Positions 13,376-24,612 of a stretch of 64,000 nucleotides of DNA are shown in pieces; the stretch's first letter is position 1; the number at the start of each line of letters is the position of its first letter. The notes below the pieces were generated by a model. The model ran no database searches, had not been told where the DNA came from, and worked only from the letters and a program-made list of their open reading frames with translations. Both the position numbers and the translations under genes were made by a program. The DNA is taken from contig NW_026861864.1 of assembly GCF_026571515.1 (NCBI RefSeq), forward strand, positions 62,001 through 126,000, in the 5' to 3' direction. This stretch comes from Ruditapes philippinarum (Eukaryota).

Positions 13376-16195
13376 ACCACACGTATAGTCTGCCAAGAAC
13401 TTCAATCTTTCCATGTGGGGTTTATCAGTTTGAATAAGTTCGAAAAGGAAAAGACATCCTTATCTATATATATAGATACCATTGCACTTATCTAACTGGT
13501 AGTATTAACACAGATCAGACCTTCAGAAATTTTCCATAACATAACGTATGATATAACAGCAACATAACAGCAAGTAAACAATCTTTCATCAAATAAAAGT
13601 TATTATAAAACATATTTGTAAGACGATTGTATAATTCAAAAGAAGACGGTTCCAGTATTTATCGGTCTAACGGAAAAAGAATGCGGTGTTTGAATTCAGT
13701 GTTGTACGGTGCTCCAATATTCGGGTCAGTAGGCCTTTTTTCAACAAATATTCCCTGAAATTTACGATAGAAACACACAATTGTGTATGGAACTTGAACT
13801 TAGGGTTAACCATAATAAATATACGAGCTCGTTAGGTCATTGAACAAAGACATCGTCGTTATAACACATGTTTTTATGACAAGTACGAGTCATGTTGAGG
13901 TACACACGATCTTTTGTAAACAGTATTTCTTCGAAGTATGTGTTTTTTTGTGAATTGTATTGTGCTAGATTAACAATAAATTGTCTCAAAAATTCGATGG
14001 AATACTTAAACAATTGGAATAATCTTGCAATGTCCAGCAGTAAGATATTTTGTAAGCTATTACCTGGAATTTGTTTATCCCGCCATTAATATTTTGTCCA
14101 GAAATATACGGTGTCTCGGTCAGAAGGATGATATTTTGACGTTGCGCGGAAAAGTTGTGGTAATCGCCCTATCACCGTGTGTACTAATATTTGGATATTT
14201 TTCATTATTTTGACAACTGTTTCATTTGTTGCGCTTTAATGATTTATATTTTATATTTTTGACATACATGTACATGTAAATAGAAGCTCTCCTAAAATTT
14301 ACGCATATGGTTATGTTATTTATGCATCAACAGAAATGTATTCTTTAATTGTTATTCTTGGTGAAATAGTTTCACTCTACAAATAATGGGCTGCCCGTAG
14401 TAGGTTTTGTACTCCTATCAGTTGCGCACATGCACATGCACATAATGAGAAAACAATGCCGCAAGGAAAAGTCGGACAAAAGCTATGCACTAAGTGTCAC
14501 AAAAAGTATATCAATATTTCCCGGTAATGGATAAAGAGACAACATTTCTTTATTGGGAGGTAAAATTTATATTAAGACAGGGGCCAAACATACAATCTGA
14601 CTTGCATAGAAATAATTTCATTATTCCCTGCGGGCCGGAGCCCGCAGGGTATTGGTACGCGTTTAATTTTTGAGGCAGGAGGAGCACGTGACCTGTTTTC
14701 GGTACATGGTACATGGAGGAGCATGTGATCTGTAAACCGTACATGATTGGTTAATTGACCTATTCGAAAACCTAGCTAAATACCGTTTCCCGGTACGTTA
14801 CGGATTTAATTGTAGGGAATCATTGTATACACACCGGTCTCTCGACACAATGTTAGGGATTTAGTCCGAATTACACCTAATTAAGAACATAACACTATTA
14901 CGTGATATGTCTAATTTTCTATAATTATTTTACCGTTTAAGTTGGAAAAACTTGAATGATGTGTTTGAAAATTATCAATGTTTCTTTAATATCTATCTGA
15001 AATTTTACAAACAATAAATTGTTTAGTGAAAATCCACAGAATTAAAACATTCGTTTGTGGCATCTGCCATAATAGATAGAGATATTTTCTGCGTAAACTT
15101 GTGTGTTTACTTTATTTTATTTATTTTTTTTTGCACGGAATTATTCATACAATGGTATTTAATCATTTTCTTAAACAGAAATATTGTTTTATTTTCGACA
15201 AAGACCAAAGACCTTCTTCTATTGATCGATTATTGTCAACTATATTCCTGATACAAACGTTAATTTTTTTCTATTTTTTCCCCAAACAATGTTGAAAATA
15301 GTTAAATGAAATATCTTTAAATCATTATAAATGTTCCCCGCAGGAAACCATTTTACTTGTATACTTGATTTGAACGGGAACGACTCTAAGAAGAAAGGTC
15401 ATTTAACAATAACGCTTCGTCCATGACTTTAATTTTAAGTGTAACCCTTATCTTTTGTTGTTGTCAAGTTTTCTGTTTACCGGCTTAAATTGTGGAATGT
15501 TATTGGTCTTAATAATGGACAGATAAAAGGTCTCGTGTTTGGACATGTGGTAAGATGGTGTAACTGGAACAGAGGGGTGTTAAAAATGTTCATGCCATCT
15601 ATCCGGCCATTCTAACACCTATACTGGTCATTCATGTTACAACAAATCAAAAATTGTTTACATTATACCATTTAGCATGGTATACGTGTTTGGATGGTCA
15701 GCGAAAAAAATGACGTATAATTGCTTGTACATACTGACGGGTGAATCGCGTCGAAACTATATATATGGCCTTCTACCTCAACCGGGTATAAAAAACAACA
15801 ACAACAAACAATTCCCCCCAAACACGAACTATTTCACCAAATGATTCAAAGTCATGTGTCAGGTTTTCAATTGACGTGTTTAATATTATCTGTTTGACGA
15901 AGGTATATACAAGCTATATTAGACATTCAAATGTTTTTGATATGAAACGAGTCCTTTTGTGTGTGATAAAGTTCCATTCCGCGAAAAAAGGTACTTTCTA
16001 CAAACACGGCACTAAAAACGGACCAATACTTGAATTCACAAAATAAAGCCTAAAGAGCAAATATGTGTTTTTCATTTTTTCTAAAAAATAATGCGAATGC
16101 TTCATTATTTTATAGGTACCAAAAATGCCACACATTTTTATATTACCAATTGACCTTTTTGATACCTTTGTTGATAACCCTCGTGTTTCAACTAC

Positions 16196-16202
16196 TATAA
16201 AT
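16196..16202 (+). promoter_or_regulatory. TATA box of ApoD-like 3
   Basis: TATAAAT about 59 nt upstream of the ATG at 16261. Confidence 0.5.
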
Positions 16203-16260
16203 ACACGCTTTAAATACTCATACCTGACCAGCTATACCAGAGGTACCGACCGGATCAACG

Positions 16261-18345
16261 ATGTCACCTCTTTACGTCTTTGTAGCGTTCATCGCAGTCT
16301 GTCATGCTCAAGTGCCTCATCTTGGGAAATGCCCGGATGTTACAGTTGTTCAGAATCTCGATGTCGCAAAGGTCAGTTATCATATTTTATGAATAAATGA
16401 ATAAATAATTAAATAAATAAATAAATAAATAATAAAGTATAAAAATAGGAACGAGAGTACATATCATCTAATAATTGGTTCAATTTTTAAATTAATAACC
16501 AGTTTAAGAGTTATTTTAAGAATATTTACAATAAAGAGCTATATATAAAACTCACAATGTGTACTAGTATGTAATGGTTGCTCGTTGTCTCTAGCGAAGC
16601 ACGCCAAACAGCGCGTTGTCGTGCGGCGCGTTGTCGCGATTTCGCCCTGTCGCTTGGCTTATAAGCCAATCCTTCGATTTGAACCGAGCGACAATGTGAC
16701 ATCGCGACAACACGCCGCACGACAACGCGCCGTTTGGCGTACATCGTTAGCGACAGGACGACAAGACGAAAGTCCGACAACGCGCCGTTTGGCGCTTTGT
16801 CCTGTTGTCACTAGCGCCAACACGACGCACAAAAGCGTTCCAAATCAGCCAATATAGTATGTTGTTGTAAATTTAAACATTGCAAAGTTTAATCCAAACT
16901 TCATAGTTAAACTAGTAAATAAATTAGTATTTTATTCCAATCAAACATAAACTCTTGTAACTATAATTTAAAAACATTTTTGTTTTCAGTATCTAGGAGA
17001 TTGGTATGAGATTAAGAAGTTCTTTTTCTTCATCGAGGGCGCAGAAACCTGTATCCGTGCTAATTATAGTTTAAAAGATGACGGTCACATTCAAGTTTCT
17101 AATAGAGGTTACCGGTGAGTTAAATGATTTGTATAAATCACTTACTCTGTCATGTCTTTATGCTACTTTATCTGCAGTAGAATTTGACATTATTGGGGAG
17201 TTTTTTTCTTTGCTATTTTAGGTGTGACAGTTTATGATATTTAACTGTATTTGTATATTAAAATGTATTTCCTAATAAAGGTGGCTGCTACTCTGAACTA
17301 GTGGACTAATTTTGAGAAGTAAATCTGACCCAGTGTTGCCATGTGTTCCTCATGTATATGATTATTGAAGTATACCCAAAAATTATGTTAAAAATGGAAA
17401 AATATTTTAATATGCCAAAAGTCAGGGGGGCCCATTTTGGGGCGGGGCCGGGACGTACCCGGGGGACGCCCGCCATTGGTGTTTTTTTTACCCCCCAAAG
17501 TTTAGCAGTGCCCCTTTGAAAACAAAAGCCGTAAAATTTCCCAAGGGGTAATTTGGGGGGTTTAGGGGGAAATACAAAAACTTTTTAAAATCCTCATTAA
17601 AGTGTTTTTTTCTTTTAGTACAGCTGGGCTAAAAATAAAACATCAAACCAAAGACTGAAAAGCCCCAAGTTAAAAGGGGAAAAATTAAATGGAAACTGTT
17701 TTTATATACCGGTTGTTTTTCTAAACATCAAAAGGGTTGTCTGATTGAAGACTCAAATTGTGAAATCTTCCTAAACCCCCTTAAAACCCTTTAAATATCT
17801 AAAAATGGCCCCTTGTCCATCTTTCATATGCATGCATTCAACTATTTAGGGAAAAAATAAAATATTTAGAGACTATGCATTCAACTATTTAGGGAAAAAA
17901 TAAAATATTTAGAGACTATGCATTCAACTATTTAGGGAAAAAATAAAATATTTAGAGACTAAAGAGCAAATAACAGCGCAGACCATGATCAGACACCATG
18001 GACCTGGCTGTTGATCATGACCGGCACTGGTCGCATAGGCAGATCCATTCCCTAAAGGTCAAACTTCTAATAATAGTAACTGGTGAACTGACAAAACATA
18101 CAATATTTTCAGGGTCACCACGTGTTCCATATTGGATTGTGGATACCGACTATGATAACTACTCTCTCGTGTGGTCCTGTACTGACTTAGGAGGCTTTGT
18201 GCAGGCAGACTTCGCCTGGATCTTAAGCCGAACCAGAACACTCGACTCCCAGATTGTCGACAAACTCATTAAAACTCTCGGATCGTTTGGTGTCAACACG
18301 TCTAGTTTCCGGGATACGGTACAAGATAATTGTCCATCAGAATAA
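16261..18345 (+). CDS. APOD: Apolipoprotein D-like lipocalin 3 (exons 1, 2 and 4 intact; exon 3 not recoverable)
   Basis: Exons 16261-16371 (MSPLYVFVAFIAVCHAQVPHLGKCPDV...), 16990-17114 (YLGDWYEIKK...ETCIRANY...) and 18113-18345 (PYWIVDTDYDNYSLVWSC...AWILSR...DNCPSE*). Exon 2 ends in phase 2 and exon 4 starts in phase 1, so an exon of about 86-89 nt is required. I found no clean candidate. Confidence 0.8.
16572..16854. mobile_element. MITE with TA..TA ends and internal GTTGTCG/CGACAAC repeats (IS3EU-like)
   Basis: Flanked by direct repeat TAGTATG (16565-16571 and 16855-16861). GC-rich with inverted sub-repeats. Lies in ApoD3 intron 1. Confidence 0.6.
17832..17960. repeat. Three perfect 43-bp tandem copies
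   Basis: ATGCATTCAACTATTTAGGGAAAAAATAAAATATTTAGAGACT x3. Confidence 0.95.
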
Positions 18346-18591
18346 ACTTGTTTCTCTGTTATTGTATTTATATTTTGTTGTACTTGATGAGCTTTTTTAT
18401 ACTTGTTTTGCAATAAATATATGATATTTTTGTATGTGTTAGCAGTTATGATATTAGATATGATCATATACTACAGGATCTGTAAACACGAACATTTATA
18501 CGTTTGAGAGGGTATCCGACGATTATTTCGGGGAAAAAAAGAGAAGAAAACGTATGTGGCTTCCCGTGATTAAATTATATATTGTGCTGAA

Positions 18592-18889
18592 AGCAGCATG
18601 CTAATTTTGCTAATTTCATGACAAAAATTGAAAAGATATTTAAAAGCAAAATATTGTGAAATGAAGAAAGAAAGTGATTTACAAATTGAAATAGCAAAAC
18701 TGCAAAATCTACATAATTTACCAAAGAGGTCAAAACATGTAAAAAAAGCCCTGCAAAATAAGTCATTACGCACATGTAAGTTATAACATGTAAATTATTA
18801 CTTACAATTTTTTGAATTTTCTTTAAGTCTACATTGACCTCAAGTTTGACTTTCTTGAAATAGTTTTGCTAACCTTGAGGCATACAGCT
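18592..18889. mobile_element. Second, decayed copy of TTAA family A
   Basis: Starts AGCAGCATGC and ends CAAGTTTGACTTTCTTGAAATAG...GAGGCATACAGCT-TTAA, matching 781-833. Confidence 0.6.
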
Positions 18890-19111
18890 TTAAGATTTAT
18901 TGTCCAAACGGCATTTATTATGATATTGGTGACGTTTTCCATTTGAGATTGTATGGTATAAATTGAAAGACACAAGGATGGATGCCTAATTTACCTTTTA
19001 ACAAAAGAACCGTCACAAGTTTGAAGACATTGTCTATATTTTTGACGAAAGAGAAAAGAAACATGTCCAAAATACAGGCTTCATATTTTTCAAAATAAGT
19101 TTGCCACTGTC

Positions 19112-19330
19112 TCGCCTCGACTATTTTAGTTAAGGACGTTGATTTCAAACCACTTGTCCATAATCGCTGTGGACCAGAAACTTTGGATTCTTTCACGTGA
19201 GGAAGGTTAACAGCAAGGACACGGAAAGTCGGTGGTTCTACTCAGATGCCCGCTCGTGCCTGAAATAAATGCACAGAGTGACACCTGGGGTCCTCCACCA
19301 GTAAAGCTTGAAAGTCGCCATATAAGACAG
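19112..19330 (+). mobile_element. tRNA-derived SINE, same family
   Basis: GTTAAGGACGTTGATTTCAAACCACTTG...GGTGGTTCTACTCAGATGCCCGCTCGTGCCTGAAATAAATGCAC...CACCTGGGGTCCTCCACCAGTAAAGC. Confidence 0.7.
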
Positions 19331-19704
19331 AACTGATTTTAAGTAATATCTTGAGTGTTTTAACCTAATATGGGTATGCTGAAGACGATGAGGTGGATAC
19401 CAAGAAAATCAAATTGACCTTGACATTCAAAAGATCAATTCAAAATGGCCGCTTAAAAATACTAAAATAGGTCATTAAAACTATGATACAATATGATGCA
19501 ATTAATTATTCTTGTCAATATCAAATGACTATTCAATATGATCAGATTTTAATGAGATTGGCCACCAAATATAGCGATTATAAGCATAATGGCTCAATAA
19601 ACAGTATATACAGTACTGTTTTACTAGCAAAAACACTTTTAATGTTTTGTTTACTTGACTTATATTTAACAATAAACTTAGTTTTATAAATATTACCAAA
19701 GAAT

Positions 19705-19941
19705 AAATATTTCGTAATAACAAATTACTGTTTCGTAATTACGAAATAATATTTCGTAATAACGAATTAATATTTCGTAATTACGAAATGATATTTCATA
19801 ATAACAAATCAATATTTCTTAATTAAGAATTTATATTTCGTTACAAACGAAATAATATTTCTAATTGGGAATTATTATCTCGTAAAAACGAATTCAATTC
19901 AGGGAGAAAATGTGGAAAATGTCACTTCAGGTGTTCCGTAA
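19705..19941. repeat. TTTCGTAATTACGAAA sub-repeat array (partial MITE)
   Basis: About 21-bp period palindromic units ending in TTCCGTA. Confidence 0.5.
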
Positions 19942-21283
19942 TTTTCAACATTATTTGTAGCTATGATTTTTTAAGTTGTTCATTTTGTTTTCATAAATTT
20001 TGCACTTATTATGGTAATTATGGTTTAAAATGAATAATTATTTTGAAATGTCAAAAAATGTCATTTCAATGCCATAAACACAACACAAACCGACCCCCCC
20101 CCCAAAAAAAAAACAAAACAAAAAAAAACAGGTCTTAAAAAAGCATCAGTAGGAATCGAACACATCAGTCAATCACTTAACCGGCTGTGCTACTGCGGAA
20201 GTAACGATGACGATATCATTTTTAGCAGATATGACTTAAAATATATAAATAAGAATTTTTTTTTTATTTCATGCTTTTCAGTGGATTAATGATTTATCCG
20301 TGAAAATTATATTTGATAATTTCACAGTGAAAATTATAATTTCAAACTTTTCAATGACAAAACTACTTTCTTAAGATTTTCCCCATGTGGTACCTCAATT
20401 TTATTTTTTTGCTGACAATTTTGACAATGTCAGACTGTTTAGAGAAAAGCAAAGCCGAAATTGATAAATAAATCAAATGTAAAAAGTAGTAAAAAGAAGA
20501 AAACTTACTTCTATTCATCCAAATTACCAATCAGCAAATATCGTCACTTAATTTTTTTGTTTCATTTTAACAGTCTGAAAAATACATTTCTTCCACATGC
20601 AAAACTGCTCTTGATGACATTTGGGCATATTTAAGTTTCCGACGAGCAATAACTGCCGTATGCTTTATGAAAACTTGAAAAGCAATGACAGCCATCAACC
20701 CGAAGAATAAGTAAACAACTCAGCGTTCGTAAGGCAGCCTTTCAACAATTCCAAGTTTCCAATTCCAGTTTCCTAGCCACTTTTTAAATGTTTACACATC
20801 TGTCAACACTTATTTATTGTCTGTCACACTCCTCAAATAAGTTTTCTTTCTATTAAAAAGGTGTATGACTAACAAATCCAAATGATATCCCTCTGCATCA
20901 AACACAATTATTTTCCTCCCGTGAAATACACAACTTTTAAAAATGGCGGCCGCTTACATTTACCAGAGCAAGGTCTAATAAAAATTCACAGTAAGTAACA
21001 GAAATATGGATGGATGGTTGGACTTTTTCTCCTACTAAAATTGTTGTTTTTATTATTAAAATAAGCGATCATTCATATTTTTTAATAAAATGAATAATAT
21101 CATCGCCATTTAACGTTGATTGTCGAACTTATTTTTCAGCCCAAGACTTCTTGTATTTTATAATAAAATTGGACTAATACATGTACATAATAGAGGCTAC
21201 AATGGGGAAAAGAGATTTTAATATTAAAGTTATTATCAAGGAAATTTTGTTTTAACTTATTTTTGAGCATAAAATAAAAAGAA

Positions 21284-21433
21284 TTTGTTTGTGTCTTGTG
21301 TCAGATGTAATTTTATTTCATCTCGTGAACTTTAAAAACAGTATTCTCACTCGTGGCCACGCCACTCGTGGATATACTGTTTTTAAAGCCCACTCGATGA
21401 AATAAAATTTCATCTTACACACAAACAAACAAA
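21284..21433. repeat. Fold-back element around CACTCGTGGCCACGCCACTCGTG
   Basis: Arms TTTATTTCATC..TTTAAAAACAGTAT / ATACTGTTTTTAAA..GATGAAATAAAA. Confidence 0.7.
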
Positions 21434-22185
21434 TGTCCTCTATATACTCCATATTAATTCTCGTAAACATTACCAACGAAATCAAATTCAATTAGTGCTG
21501 TAATGTATTCATAATTGACAAAATAAGCAATGAGACTGTGTATACAAACAAATGAATTATTGTTGTTCCACAACATGCAAAAGCGGGATTAAGTATGCGC
21601 AAAATCAACACAAAATCTTTTTTCAAGGCGATGGATAATCGATAATATTAAAAAGTCATCTTAAACTTTAAAGTGTATACTTATCACATTCTTAACAAAA
21701 ATACAGAAAACAACCAATGTTTACCATCTTGTTTAAAAATAAGTGACTATTTAATTTGTAATTTAAAGTTAAAGTTAAAAACACCAACAACAACAATAAC
21801 AACACCATATTTTCATTGAGTCATAAAATGTCTGAAACTGGGAGATTGCTACGTGTGCTTGCTATACCATGGCAGCTCTCGAAAATTTTGGAATCCAGTC
21901 TCGATTTTAAGAAAATCTACAAGAAGATTATCACATCATTCGATATACATTAAAATTCCGGGTACCCTCCAATAAATTTCCAGGATATCTTAAAGTAACA
22001 GCAAAGTTATCTATAAAAATATAACTTGTAAAAAATGGAGTACTATTTTCTTTGATCATATATAAAAGTCACGTGGGTTGGCTACATAGAAGAGGGGTTG
22101 AAATATAATTGTAATACACCCTTTGTTAGCCATTGAAATAGTATTTTATGTATAAAGCATTTTCAAAAACGGTTATTATTCAGAG

Positions 22186-22260
22186 CGGGCGCTATGGTGC
22201 AGTGGTAACACTGTCTGCCTACAAGTCAAGGGGTCGTGAGTTCGATCCCCCGCTACTCCA
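22186..22260 (+). mobile_element. tRNA-like SINE head (A and B boxes)
   Basis: TGGTGCAGTGG (A box) and GAGTTCGATCC (B box). It does not fold into a clean cloverleaf. Confidence 0.55.
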
Positions 22261-22269
22261 CTGAACGAA

Positions 22270-23225
22270 TAAATGACTACAAGACTGACAAAACCAGGAC
22301 ATTGACACAGAGTGACGGCAGCGATAGAAACAAGACGAAGACCTTAACCGAACAGGAAACAAGTACCGAAAGTACAAGACCGAAGACGACGACAGATTAC
22401 AGAAGGAAGAACGGAGAAAAGAACTGACAACAAGCGAACATAGAAGTCGACCGATAACAGAAGAACGGATACAGGGACCGATGACAAAAGAACAGACAAC
22501 AAGCGGACAATGACAGGAACCGATAACAGTAGCACTGACAACAAGCGAACAGAGATGAGAACCGATAACAGCATAACAGGACAGGGACCGCTAACAGAAG
22601 AACTGGCAACAAGACAACGGAGACGAGGATTGATAACAGAAAAATAGAGACGAGGACTGATAACAGAATAACATAGACGAGAACTGATGACAGAAGAATG
22701 GAGATGGGGATCGATAACAGAGACGAGAACCGATGACAGGAGAATTAACAACAAGAAAATGGAGGACCAGGACTGATTACAGAAGAAAAGACACGAGTAC
22801 GATTACAGTAGAACGGAGAAGAACGAAGAGGATATCCGATAACATACAGGGACCGATAACAGAAGCAATGACAACAAGACAACGGAGACGAGGATTGATA
22901 ATATAATAACATAGACGAGGACTGATGACAGAAAAATCAAGACGGGGATCGATAACAGAGACGGGACCTGATATTCAGAAGAATTGACAACAACAAAACG
23001 GACACCAGGACTGATTACAGAAGAATAGACACGAGAACGGATAACAGAAGAACGGAAAAGAACAGGACCGATAACAGAATAACAGAGACGAGAACCGATA
23101 ACAGAACACCTAATAACAAAAGAACTGATACCAGGACCGATTACAGAAGAACGAAAATCACGACCAATAACAGAAGAACTGACGCAGAGAAATGCGACGA
23201 AAACCGATAACAGAAAAACGAACAC
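22270..23225. repeat. Degenerate 25-28-bp purine-rich tandem repeat (ACCGATAACAGAAGAACGGAGACGAGG-like)
   Basis: Recurrent CCGATAACAG core, starting immediately after a SINE head. Confidence 0.85.
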
Positions 23226-24612
23226 CAAAACCCAAGAGTGCCTTTTTTGTATGCACGCGTTTTAACCCCCTCACAACGCACGCTGTGCAAATATAAGTAC
23301 GCATCTGAGTGCCAGATAAAATACATGAAAGCTCTATATCATGCAGATAGGGCAGGAAAGAGTGTAATGTTCGCTGCGTAAATGCCTTAAAATTTTCAGT
23401 ACTATCTTTAATATTACTTCTATATTACTATCATATTGGCCTATAGAAAAATGTCTGACATCATGGGTTTTTCAGCCATATTGGATTGTTTTTTGTTTTT
23501 TTTTTAATTCTGTTTTGGTGTCTAATTGTCTAATTTGTTTTTACCTAAACATGCTTTGTGACAAATTTCAGGCTTTTCCTTTCCTTAAAAGTTTTATTTG
23601 AAATATCATCCATTTATGATAAAGAAATTTGGCGGCCATTTTAGTGGTCATTTTAAATGGCCATTTCAATGGTCAAGATCAAGTTTTTTAATTTGGTATC
23701 CACCTTTATCGGATTCAGCATACCTTAAATAGGTAAAATACACCAAGATACCACTTGTACTACAAAATGCCTCTAGCATCTTATAGGGAGCCAAATTCTC
23801 AAAAAATTCAAGCGCCATCAATAGTTCTGACGAGTAGTATAACAAACTCAACACAAGATGTAATATTATTTCTTTTTATTCATAACATATATATAAATAC
23901 TAAGGTAAACATGTAAATTACGCCTCAGAATATAGAAATTTACTTCTGTAGAAATATAGTAGTGTAATAACAAACTTAAATCGTAAACCATCGGGTCTTT
24001 CCGTAAACATCGTATATGAGACTATTGCGAGGAGATCAGATTGAAAGGTTCGAGCTATTCGCCTAAAGAAAACAGCGCTCAGTGTCAAATAATTTGTGAT
24101 AAAGGAGACAAAAGGAACATTTAAGCATTTTGACTTCCATACAAATTACTTAATAACTAAAACTGTACTTATTGTAAAAACGAAAAAGCTGATTCAGCAG
24201 TATGACCAATGGATTTATTTTGAAACTGTAACAATGTACATAAATAATGTTTTGAAAAATAATGATAACGACATTTTAGATTTACAGTGTATAAAACTTT
24301 ATGTCTGTTGCCAAAATTGTTAATTGAATTTTGAAAAGAAATAATTTCAAAATACCCATATGAAAAAAAGTTGTTTGTATCTTTCATTAAGAGGGGCGCA
24401 TGCATTTTTACTGTCAAAAACTCTTTTCCAATAGATATATCTTTACACCCTTTAATAGGTCATATACATATTATACATGTTTAAATAACCGTATCCTTCT
24501 CTGTATTATTTGTGTACTGTTTTGTATAAAACGGACAATAAAATAGGATTGCTTAACTAAAACCTACACATTAACTAAAATATCTTATAATTTATAACTA
24601 ACACAAAAATCA

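Noticed and set aside
22186-22260. Possible tRNA gene
   Set aside because: A and B boxes are present, but the acceptor and anticodon stems do not pair well; better explained as a SINE head.
22236-23326. Ser/Val/Leu-rich ORFs
   Set aside because: Translations of a degenerate tandem repeat.
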